DNA of 64,000 nucleotides, from positions 613,252 through 677,251 of the forward strand of contig NMRA01000010.1 in NCBI GenBank assembly GCA_002633005.1, in the 5' to 3' direction. Numbering within the stretch: position 1 is the first letter of the stretch; each line of letters opens with the position of its first letter. Below the pieces are notes generated by a model. The model worked only from the letters and a program-made list of their open reading frames with translations, had not been told where the DNA came from and ran no database searches. Below are positions 1 to 11,470 of this stretch, in pieces. The position numbers and the translations under genes were made by a program. This DNA comes from Phoronis australis (taxonomy: Eukaryota; Animalia; Phoronida).

Positions 1-1035
1 CACAATTTGATAAATAAATAAAACGGGCCATTAGTAAAACATCTAACAAATTTGCTTTTGCAATCATTTTTGTGCTTAACACACGTTCCTATGATTGGCA
101 CTTTGACAATAAAGACACATGAAACTTGAGATGTATCATATTGGATCCTGATAACAAAAAACCATTCACGTGCACAATGGAAGCAGAATAGAAACATGAT
201 TTCCGCATTTGTTGTCCTGAAAATGGCGACAAAGAGACAAACGTTACTCTGCATCAGAGCAACACCGATGATAACCTGCCAGACACGACAGTGGTTTTAC
301 AACAAGAGAGAAATACCAGCAGCTCTGCTATTTCATGCGACAATTCTGCTTGATCTTCTCCTCATTTTCACCTGAACAGGATACAGATAAAAACGAATTA
401 CATGGTGCATTGTATATTTAAAGAAATCAAATACTGGTTAACTGTTGATACCTTCCATTTATTTTTTATTTTTGTCAATTTTTTGCAGGGCTGGACAAGT
501 GACTGTTTATCGCGACTAGAATGTATAATCTGTAATAAAACGCCACGTCACTTTTGTCACTTTCAGGAAAATATTCCGAGACCATTTTAACAAATAACAA
601 CACGAATTGATAATGAACATTTTTATGCTTTTTTGCTCAAACGATGCAACAGCAACCCACCAGACATGGACAAGTATCAAGGAAGCATGGATTGATTAAA
701 ACAAATTCTAGTGAACTAGAAAACAATGAATCTTGACTTGAAATTATGCCATACTCCCCTCCCCCCCAGCAATGTCAAACTAAACACTGTAAAAAGCTAC
801 TGCTCCACAATTAATGTTTGTTAAAAAATCACCGTGTGATTATCTGGAAGGTTGATGTACCACTATATATATCTATAGTTTAATGTATTGGACAGATTAA
901 TTATTTACAAGAGGGTAATAAGTTGGACAAAAATAAAGTGGGTATGCATTTTAACTTTCAGGTTTAAATAATTTAAAAATGATTAATCAAGGTAAAGTAT
1001 ACAGACTGAAAGACTAGACCCTAGCTAATCACTAT

Positions 1036-1484
1036 AGTGCCATACACACAGAGACTTACGCTAGAACAAGTTACGCTAGGAGCGAGTTGTCGCTAGGTTT
1101 GGAGGCTCTGTGGACGCTATTCAAACTAGCGCAACTTGCCCCACTTGTGACAACTTACTCCACCTTATCAAGGTGGGGTAACTGGTTCTAGGGTAACTTG
1201 CGCCACTTCTACAGCATTCTTTTGTGGCCGCAAAAAGTGGTGTAGGGCAGAATTAATTATCGCCCGTGGTTACAAACAGACCGGTTTTCTCTTGCGGGCC
1301 ATATTGGCATTAGGTGTTCATTGTCATGCACAGAGCCACAACTACTGCCTTACCCTAGTTATCGGATGTGTGTGTGTGCGTGTGCGTGTGCGTGTGCATG
1401 TGTATGTGTGTGTGCACGCTCCACTTAAAACTGAAGTTGCACTTACGCAAGTTGCTCTAGGGAAGGCTGTGTGTGGATGGGACT
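1036..1484. mobile_element. MITE-like element with imperfect TIRs, internal CAAGTT(A/G)CGCTAG-type repeats and a (GT)n-like tract
   Basis: Left AGTGCCATACACACAG versus right reverse complement AGTCCCATCCACACACAG; repeated internal motif; (GT/GC)n at 1367-1413. Confidence 0.5.
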
Positions 1485-1845
1485 TTTGATACTACTGACT
1501 GTGACTGAAACTAAAAGCACCTACCGGTACTTTAGATTGTTCATAAGTTTTTGGTAACACAACAAGTTTTATATTGACTACACAACAAAAACTATGAAGC
1601 ACGCAAGATTCCTTAAACAAGCAAATCTATTTTCACGAATTATTCATTCACAAATAATTCTCATTTCTAAGATAATCCCATCAGTAAAATTCTATTGAGC
1701 GGCTTACATATCGATAACATAACTTAAACCATCAAACCTATCGTCATTTCTTTATATCAATACCGGTTAGGGACTCAGATTGCTCAAACTTGGACTCAAC
1801 ACGAAAACATTTGGTCCTAAGTTATTAAAATTATCAAAAACTTAC

Positions 1846-2082
1846 CGAAAGTGGGTCTGGCATAACCATATAGGGCATAGGGTTGACTGTATTCACGGTA
1901 TTAAGTGGAACGTAAGTGACGGTGTACGGACTATACACCATAGGGTTGATGACTGCTGGGCTGCCCGTCAGCATTGTGGCAGGCGTTACTGGGCTGGCAG
2001 CAGACAACATGGTTGGATCAACGAGAAGACGAGTAGCTAAATCCTCCTTAAACGGATGCATGAACAGCGTATACGACCAACG
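1846..2082 (-). CDS. Candidate alternative in-frame exon of the TIA-like gene (Pro/Thr/Val/Met/Tyr-rich)
   Basis: Open frame ...PTMLSAASPVTPATMLTGSPAVINPMVYSPYTVTYVPLNTVNTVNPMPYMVMPDPLS ends exactly at a phase-0 GTAAGT donor; two in-frame AG acceptors (exon start 2082 or 2046). Confidence 0.5.
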
Positions 2083-5000
2083 CTGTTTAACCAGAGCAAG
2101 CACAAAACAAGCTCAATAGGGTTCAATAGGCAGATAAAATCAGATACACTAACAAAAATGTTAGTAGAACCAGCACACAACAGGTGGTCTTCCCAAGGCA
2201 GGTAAAGTTCAACTAGAGAGGGTAGTAAATGTCACAGTGTTTCAGTTTCACGCTGGTGGACTGCAGTGTGTTATCACTTCCTGTAGTAGTTAACTTCCCC
2301 GAGGTGTTGATTCCCAAGCGTGACTCAGCCCTGATCACAACCAATACAGGCTCAGTTACTGTGTATACAACTGGCCAACATATGTACCCACATGCACAAC
2401 TTGGGCACAATTAAAAAAGTTGAGGATTCACTGCCAAGTTTCCAACATGTGAAACTTCAATGAGAAAAATGATCAAATTCCTCTCCAAGTATCCTCCGCA
2501 GACAGTGCAGCCGATTGGAGCGATGTGGTGATGTGGTGCTCTCTCGACGGCTTTTTGAGCAAACACTGAGGACGTGCGTTGCCTATCTGACATATGAGGG
2601 TTCTGAATTATGCAGGAGACTTAATCAATAATGTATTCACCAGAAATCACCTATGTTGTTAACATAATGCAGCAGATATCTCTACAGGTCATCAAGTTTT
2701 AGAGGAAAAACTGCCCGTAGAACGACAGTCCAATCACTTTCGCAGAAGCACCTCGTTCTAACGACAACCTGTTAACATTCATGTAGCGATAAAAAAGAAA
2801 TGATTATTGGTACTTAAACGCTTAGACATATTCTGACAAGCTACCTCTTTTGTGAGACAGACAACAGGTTGGGCTTACGTTCTAAAATTTCACAAATGTA
2901 TTTAAGAAGTGCAACCAACTCTTGAAAATTCAATTCAAAATTTAGCACCAATAAAACCTTACACAAAGTTACAACTTGTGAATATTCAAATTACTGTTTT
3001 CCAACTTAAAAAACAGTGAAATTTCAGAGAACATGTGAACCAAATATTGGGTTGCAATTCATATTGGAGATATAAAAACATCATTGGTTGTTTGCGTCAC
3101 CCAATAGAAATTGAGCATGTTTGAATAAGCATGCTTCAGAGAATCTATTGAAATTTTATCAGGGATATGTATTATCCCCCCAATATTACGGACACGACAC
3201 ACGACACATGGACATGCATCTGTTGAAACATAATCGTGTTTCCGTCAAAATAATTGATCCCATTACAAAACTGCCCACTTGCAAGTTTCCCAATGACCAA
3301 CAGGGGAACTGGGACGGACACTTCTTATTATAACTTTTTTCTTTCACAAGGTCTATAGCCAGTATGAGGTCTTACAAACCTCAGAACTTCTAGTAAATAA
3401 TTCCAGTAACTTTTTGTTTTCAAAAATAAAGGAACAACTACAGTTTCTTTTACACGGGGTATCACAGAGATGAGGATTTGATATAGAAATGAAAATTCGG
3501 AAATGAGTCAGAAAGAGGGTGCAGTGCGAACACAAAAGCAATTTATGTTGGATTACAATGAGCTCGTAAATTTTTTTTTATCAAAAATATCGTACCTCAG
3601 ATAATATGATACAAGCTTGAACGATGACCTTGGACTACATACACATTGCAAGGTTTCGCTTGGACAGAGTTCAAAGGAAAGGACAGATGTCATTTTGTGC
3701 ACAAACACATATGCAGATTTAAGTGATCTAATTAGCCATTAAATTATTAAGCCCTCTAATTGCTTGGATAGATATGACAATTATCATACGTCAATATCTC
3801 AAAATAGAGATTGAAACTAAAGGCTAGAACACGCACACAATTCAAATAAATTGACAATGTATAAGCAATTGTGAATTTCTAACTTATCTGAAGGTATAGT
3901 TCATCCTGTTTAGCTGAAAAAAACCCCCGGAATCTAATTAGGGCTTTTACTCTTGTAAAATCAGTATCATAATATTCCTTACGGTTATAGGATTCTATTT
4001 CCTTTTCACGACAAGGAACAATATGAGACTGACTATGAGAATACAAAAGGCCCAGTTCAATTTTTGTATTAAGCCAACTAAACAGGATGAAATGTACCTT
4101 TAGAACTACCATGTGATCACGTTACTTCCCTACGTCAACACCAAGTCGCAAAAAAATATAAAAACTATTCTGACATGCAAGTTGTAATTTCCCTCATCTG
4201 TTCATGACAAAAGCAAGCGGGAATACGGCAAACAGAACGGAAATTCCTCAAATAAAAGGATAGGCAGCAGACAGGATTATTTATCTCTAATCATCGTGAG
4301 ATTTCGTCATGGATTAGCCAGTAGGCATTATACACAGATAGTGAAACCTGTAATTTCCAAACTTTGATGTGAACAAGCTACAGAAGTTGGTGATTTAGAA
4401 TGACAGACATGGACAACAAAGAAGATTACACATTAGGGTCCCAGGTATAACTTCTTCACACGAAACTCAACTCGAAAATTGACCAATAGCATGGCACACA
4501 TCGGAATAAGTTTATACCCAAGTTTGTACCCAAATAATGCCACAGGATTAGTTAAAGTTTCCAGTCCGAGTCTTCAGTTCGGAGTTCAGGTCCTGGGCAC
4601 TAAAATGCACTACATGACACACACTTCACGACAGCCTGGCCAACAAAGCAGAAAGTCCAAAAATTTAGAGGACGAAAAAATTGTTGACAGAGAAAATAGC
4701 TGCGTAACTAGCCGACACACACAGCACATTGTCCATAAACATTTTAATAGCGTAATTATATCAACAAATATAAAACATGCAGGACAGCCGAGTTGAACAG
4801 AACTACAAACTTTATAATAGCATTATCCTTCTTGTCTGAGCGATTACCATAGGGGAGTATTCATGATCCTTGAAACTGGTTCAAGTCTTTATTTAGACAG
4901 ATCACTTAAATGTATAGTTACTATTGCTTAGTTCAGAAAAAGCTGTGCTGTGGATAAATACTTCTAAATGCCAACCCCTACTTAAATGCACATAGGCACT

Positions 5001-6626
5001 GAAACCATCCAATTAGAGAGTGACACAGGATTTCAAATTTCTTTTGTGAATAGACAGTGGTGAAATATAACAAACAGTGTGAAATTTTAGGAGATATTCC
5101 ACATTATTCTACCACTTCAGTACACACAAAAATACTGCTGCAATCATTCAGTGTATAGGAGAATTTGGTAATATTTTCAGTGTCGGCTACTGGAGGCCGC
5201 TACTCTTGAGCAGTTCCTCGGAGCTTTTCCTTGTAAGAAAGGTAACAAATACTGTGAAATCATAAAAGATAATGTATGGTAAAATCTTACTAATTAAGGG
5301 CTACAACACAAAGACTAGTGAAGCTTTACTAAGCAAAGGAGGAAAGTCGACCACCATGACAACTGGCACAAGAACTTTGACACAACACAACTGTTAGTAC
5401 TAAGAAACCATTTTTATTAATCTTTTAACACAACAATTACTTTTCAGTAAAAGATGTTTAACTTTAATTTCTTAGTTTTTGGTGGTCAGCTAGAAATTTA
5501 ATGATATGAGTACATCCCTGTGCAATTAATCTTATTTGAAAATCGATACCAAAATAACGCAAATACCAGAGGAATGTAAGATAGAAATTACTGTCTCTAC
5601 AATATAATTATTTTTCCGTTAAGGGAATGTGCTGATAATTCACATAAGCAAGAGAAACTGACAAAAATGTTGTTAATAATGGCATAATAAACTTCCATGA
5701 TAAGCATAATAATTATGGAGATTAGGACAAATTTTGAATAAATCAAAACCTAAATAGATGCACATTTCTACTTAACCAAGACCTTTACTGGTAGGTAGAA
5801 TTGAAACTTTAGAAAACAAGTAAATGATATCGCTGTAGAGAGCAACAATTGAATGCAAACTACAACCAAGACGACGAGGATGAAAATTAGAACACAATAT
5901 GGCGGAAACAGCAACATTTTATTTTATCGTAATTTTCAACAAGAGTGAACAAGAAGACAACTTTGACTATTTGAAAAGTTTACACAGTACGGCTGCCGTC
6001 AACGATGAAAATTTGAACAATTTTTGGCTATACAGTGAGTGCTAGAAAAGGAAAAATATCAGTTTTGACCATTCTTTTTATTTGAATTAGAGGAAACTTT
6101 ACCGTTTTTGGTAAACCAAAAATGCAGCAAAAAATCAGTTAATAAAAGAGCAGTGTTCGCTAAATATGAATAACCGGTAAATCATAGCATGAAACCGGTT
6201 ACATACTCAAGATAATAGTAGAAAGATCATTTGAGACACCAAGTTTCAGAAAGATGTGTCATAGGATACTGGAGCTATGGATCTGAAAATGGTCACCACA
6301 GCAATATACACCACATTTTAAAGACTTTTTTCACCAACTATATTCTCTTTCCCGTACAATAACCTTTAGGGTTGCTGTGCCGACACAACAAACGTTTATT
6401 GCACGACCATATCAAGACAACTGTACAAAAGACTTTAGACTTGTGCCACATGCAGTGCCCCCTTTTGACAAATAGGACAGTTGAGATTGGCAGGTTCATC
6501 ATTCAACCCGTTTCTCCTAGACCAGTGCACAAGTTAGAATTTTAACCATGAATTAACAAACAAACCTTTACTCAATGTCTACATTGAATGAATTTAGAAA
6601 AGGCAATTATAGCAATTGCCGTACAG

Positions 6627-6737
6627 GCCAATCACATCTTGACTTTAATAATTATTCATGATGTCACACAGAAACTGATATCATACTGGCCAATCATATC
6701 TTGACTTTAGTTATTATTCCTGTCACACAGAAACTGA
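6627..6737. repeat. Imperfect tandem duplication, about 62-bp period, 2 copies
   Basis: GGCCAATCA(C/T)ATCTTGACTTTA..ATTATTC..TGTCACACAGAAACTGA occurs twice. Confidence 0.85.
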
Positions 6738-6783
6738 ATGACATTACTCTTATTTGGAGTACCCGGTATATTAATTAGATGTC

Positions 6784-7118
6784 CGGGCCCTCAATCCCTT
6801 GATTTTGGGGCCGAATACCGGCTCCATTCCCCTCTGAAAAGTATTGAAATATCACACATAACTCCCATCATGAGGCCCAAAAATTCCCCTTGATTGAAAA
6901 GTTCCCTTTGAGGTTTGAATCACTTGTAACTCACACAAGTAACAATTTGAAAGAGTGTAAAAAGTCAGGTTTGGCTACTTGAGGCAGAGCCCATGAGTGC
7001 TTGCAACAGGGTGGCAATGCTTTGATGGTGATCAGGAAGTAGAATTTTCCCTTCACCACAAAATATTCCCTTCTCAGAAGGCACAGGCACCTTTCCCCTC
7101 AGATAAACGAGGGCCCTG
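6784..7118 (+). mobile_element. About 330-bp MITE (CAGGGCCCTC...GAGGGCCCTG termini), copy 1
   Basis: Short terminal inverted repeats; colinear similarity to the reverse complement of 16082-16401. Confidence 0.75.
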
Positions 7119-7944
7119 GATGATTACTAGCTGAGTAAAGGTCAAGAGGTCAAAATGGTATGAATTTGACCAACAATTTAAAAAACATCAAAGCTTGTCG
7201 CATGCCTATTCCACCAGGACATTGAACATTACCTTCATATTCAAAATACAACTTGAAATTAGCTTTGACAGTTTCTATTCTACTTTTGTGCGAACTTAAA
7301 ATAAATTTGATACAGCACAAAAGGCAATGGACCCTAAGTAATTTCTTTAAAATGGACTTGTATCATCTTTTCAAATAAAAATGTATCCAAAATAGCAAAT
7401 GTAGGTAGTAATAAGTACCAAAATTCAAAAAATGTTCACATCACTTACATACACAAGGGCATTAATATGACATGAAGCCCATGGCCAACCACCAAACTAG
7501 TGAAATGAATATCACTTCGCTTTTTTGAAAAATGCTAAAATTTTGTCATTCACTGGAATAAAAATAAGCTGTTTATTCAAGAGATTTGGCAGAGCTTGCT
7601 ATAAGTCATTAAGTAGTCATCGTTTTAAGACATTGACTAATTTATAAAACAATTGAATATTTTTCTATTTCAAATAACAGATTATTAAGTTTGAAAAGTT
7701 TTCATATCGTATGATTTTAACACTCTGTGAAGTTGTATAAACTCATATTTTAGGCCCATACCTTCATATTGACCACTGTTCTGGTAACAATTGAATTATT
7801 TTTAAAAACGTTTTATGAAGTAATGCAAACCTCATCGTGATTCAATTATGGAATCTTTTTGTTCACAAACAACTACTTAATCTCAGGGCCACCAGCACCT
7901 TACCAAAATCTATAATCCGGATTCTAATGTTATACTTGTTTTTA

Positions 7945-10419
7945 CCGTAAACGTTCGGGTTAACACCCTGGGCGGTTAAATTGGCAAATCCAAAAATTTG
8001 GGAGTGGGCGGTTAACCAGACATGGGCGCTTAAACGTGAAATTTCAAGAAATCAGGGGTGGGTGGTTAACCGAACATGGGCGCTTATTACGACAAACAAC
8101 CGCCCAGGGCGGTTAATCTTACCTCATGATCCCAGTCCCCACACGTAGTTGGAACGCGTAGCACTTTTTCGAGCTTTCGCCACGTCGCCAAATGACGGTA
8201 AAAATGCCATAACAGCGGATGATCCCAACAAAGGATCTGTTGCCCTCAGATTAATTATTTCAATTTACAAAACTGCTGAGTAATAGCCTGTGCCGTTCTG
8301 CCGTCTTGTTAGAGCTGTACCTGTAGAGCGCAGACGACTATGCAGCGCTCCACTTGGATAGCAACTATCCTCACTGACGTGGTGACAGTGCAAAGTGCGC
8401 GCGTGCAAGCTTCAAATGCTGCCTAGGTCACAGCAGTCACGAGTTAGTTGTCAAATTCTGAGTTAGAGAGCAGTTTTAAATTATTTGTAATTAAAGTTTG
8501 AAAAACTAATTCAGGTGTTTTTTTGCGTTTGGGATGTTTATGTTCGAGACTCCGTGATTCAATGACATTTTCAACGTAAGGTTCTACGGCTGTTTTATTT
8601 TGACCGCCCGGCGGAGGTTGGCAGACATAAGCCAATCGTCTATCAAAAGTTACCGCAAAGGCATTACTCAAAAAAGTGCTTAAGATTTTTATGTTAAAAA
8701 ATACTAACACTATAAATGGGATAGTAGAGTCTGAGAAAGAAGTAGTTCATACACAAGTACCCGAGTCGGTAAAAATAATTAAAAGACGAAGCCCCCATTA
8801 TTTGGGTAACCGGCTCCAGTGGTTTGTCGGTGTTGTTGGAAACAGGACTCAGCGCTAGGCATAACGAGCTGCAGGTCGCAATGGCGACCTGAATTTTGAA
8901 AATGCTAGCCGAGATTTTGGTCATCTTGTATTTAGTCATAACATGCGACCTGAAACTTTCAATGTACGGGCCACGGCATTCATATGTGATAAAACGTCAC
9001 AAAACAGCGATGTTTCTATTCATTGTTAAACGATCAACTTACAAAATTTTGTGGTGGAAAAACACATTTTTATTTTACATGCAAGATTTCCAGATTACCT
9101 TATTATATAACCTACAATATCGTACTGCGACACTGTTCGGTACCGCTGTTTGCGAGCAATGTCCCCGCAAACGATCGCGACTTGGAAATGTTGGCAAGTA
9201 ATCGGCCTTTTCAATATGCGTATCGTTTTTAATGGCAAAAGACAGCGGCAAACAGATTCTCAAGACCTTCTTTCCGGGGTTGAGCGCGCGCATATGAGTC
9301 ACCTGTCAATCACATGTGCAGTCAAGGTAACTTGCACTCCAGAGCGTGGGAACTCACGCCAAAGTCGCACATCAAAAGAAAACAGCGACAGCGGCTTGAC
9401 TGTAGGTTTAAGCTGACCGGGTATTTATTTGACCCTGAACTTGGGCCTCCTGCTCTTTAAAAAAAAAAACTTACCCCAAAACTGCAACGCGAAGTCTCAG
9501 TTCTGATAATTCGGGGCTCGATGTTCCCTAGGCCCCAGGGGTTCACCCCCTCCCACTGCTGCCAATTGACCTATCGCAAGCTCCGCCCCCTTGTGTAATG
9601 TTGACTAACAAAGTTTTACCCCCGTGTTGTTTGCCGGGTAAAACATCGGCTTGGAAACGAAGGTGCGCTAATAATGCTGTGTTCTAAATGGTCAGTTAAG
9701 CAGTCACTCAAAATCCTGGCGATAGGTCAATTTTCAGTCTGCCTACGTTGTAGATATTTCAAACTCAAATGAGAAGGATTTTGTTCCGGTTGAAACTAGC
9801 CAGTGAAGAAACAAAATTATTCGGGAGGGCTAAAAAGGCAGGTAGAAACAATATTCACAAAGTTAAGGGAATTCTTCAAAATCCGAGAGCTTCCCACCTA
9901 AAGCGAATTAGGAGTGTCGGCAAGACCAATGTCACCTTTCTTTGGCTTTATTTTTTCGAATATATGTTTTATCCAGAGCACTGCAGATGGAAACTTAGGG
10001 CGGCAGACGGCACCACTGAAATTGTAGGTATTGAAGCCGGCGGGGTTCTTACTTTTGCGAACATGGGAAGAAAATAAAGTGGCAAAGCGTTCAAGGTATT
10101 ACATTTTAAAGCAAATCCATGACCCGGGACAATAATTTGTTACTTGTACTATAATTCACATTGCCAAACGACTGTCTTTGACGCTGTCATTGCATTCTTT
10201 ATTATCATCGATTTTTATCTAAAAATGGGTAATCCCACGTAATCATCAATCTTCAAAAGTCCGGGATGGGCGCTTAACTGAGAGGTGGGCGCTTAACTGG
10301 AAATCTTCAAAAATTGCAGAGGGGTGGTTAACCGAGCAATGAGCGGTTAAATTGAAAATCTACCTAAAGTAGGGGATGGGCGGTTAAGTGAGCATGGGCG
10401 TTAACCCGAACGTTTACGG
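7945..10419. mobile_element. Non-autonomous Tc1/mariner-superfamily (Tc2/pogo-like, CCGTA-terminated) DNA transposon, about 2.5 kb
   Basis: 24-bp TIRs CCGTAAACGTTCGGGTTAAC(A/G)CCC with one mismatch, TA on both flanks (7943-44, 10420-21), multiple subterminal GGGCGGTTAA/GGGCGCTTAA repeats, CpG-rich interior; no transposase ORF recognised. Confidence 0.85.
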
Positions 10420-10584
10420 TAAATATACGGAAACTATAAACTACTGAGTGAATGCAAACCTGCATCAAGGCGTGGTAGTTCCCACCAAAAGTACAAAAGG
10501 TGGGTTTTAAGTCAAAAAATGTTCACCGACTTCCGAAACACGCCATTTGGGTGTGCTGACACGCAACTTTCAATTGCATTGATA

Positions 10585-11470
10585 TATTTATTTATTTATT
10601 TATTATGATATTTAAAATGAAGTGGCATCTTCAGTGATATAAAACAGTAATATAATACAATAAAGTAATGAAACAAAAATAAAATGCATGTAACACAGAT
10701 ACAAGTAAAACAGGCTGAGAATTAAGATAATAAATAAATGACGAAGGTTCGTGAAAATTGGATTCAGAGAGATAAAATAAATAAAGATATATCAGTCTAA
10801 ACAGTGAGAGTATTTACAACAATGAAAAATGACATAATTGAGACAGGTAGGGTGCAAAATGATTCCGTAAATTACAGCCACTTTTCAATATTAAGTTTGA
10901 AAGTATTAATTAATTGAATCGGACCATTTAACTTCTGGGCTAAGAGAGTTCCATACTGCAGCAGCAGCAAAATAAAAGATCTTTTGCCGGTCTCGGTTTC
11001 AATTTTTTAAAAGAAACGTTACCAGACCGTGTAGAATATACAGCTTGACTGCTACTGAATTTGCGGCTGCGATATGCTGGAGCCAAGCTATTGACACATA
11101 TGTATGCAAAAGTCAAAGAGATATTCATTTCTTTATTTTACTTTCATAAATCCAAGCTTGGAATACAAGTCATCGACCCTGGTGTCCCTAATTCTAGTAC
11201 CCAGGATAGCCCTGGCAGCTCTATTTTGGATTACTTGGAATTTGCTGACAAATTTGTCACTGGTATGCCCCCAAACTGGTAAACAATAATCAATATGAGG
11301 CTGAATAACAGAATGGTAAAGTGTCTTGAGAGTGCTTACATTAAATTTACCTACTAGACGTTAAAGTACACCGATTTTCTTTTATAATTTTGTTGTGATG
11401 AGATCTTTGTGCATATTAAATATAAGATTGGGATCTAAATAACCAAATGACGTAAGTTGACTGCTTTACA
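10585..11470 (-). mobile_element. 5'-truncated, decayed LINE (CR1/L2/Crack-like) reverse-transcriptase C-terminal fragment with (TAAA)n tail
   Basis: Frameshifted minus-strand translation ...DPNLIFNMH...KKIGVL*RL...LKTLYHSVIQPHIDYCLPVWG...KFQVIQNRAARAILG...GKRSF..AAAAVWNSL...NTFKLNIEKWL*; (TATT)n on plus at about 10587-10605. Confidence 0.88.

Noticed and set aside
5181-5241. Exon-like GC-richer segment with TTTTCAG...AAG/GTAACA on the plus strand
   Set aside because: No partner exons or recognisable peptide; the minus-strand reading stops within 10 codons. Insufficient support.
9769-10077. 102-aa ORF inside the TIR element as a transposase
   Set aside because: No HTH/CENP-B or DDE motifs recognisable, and too short.
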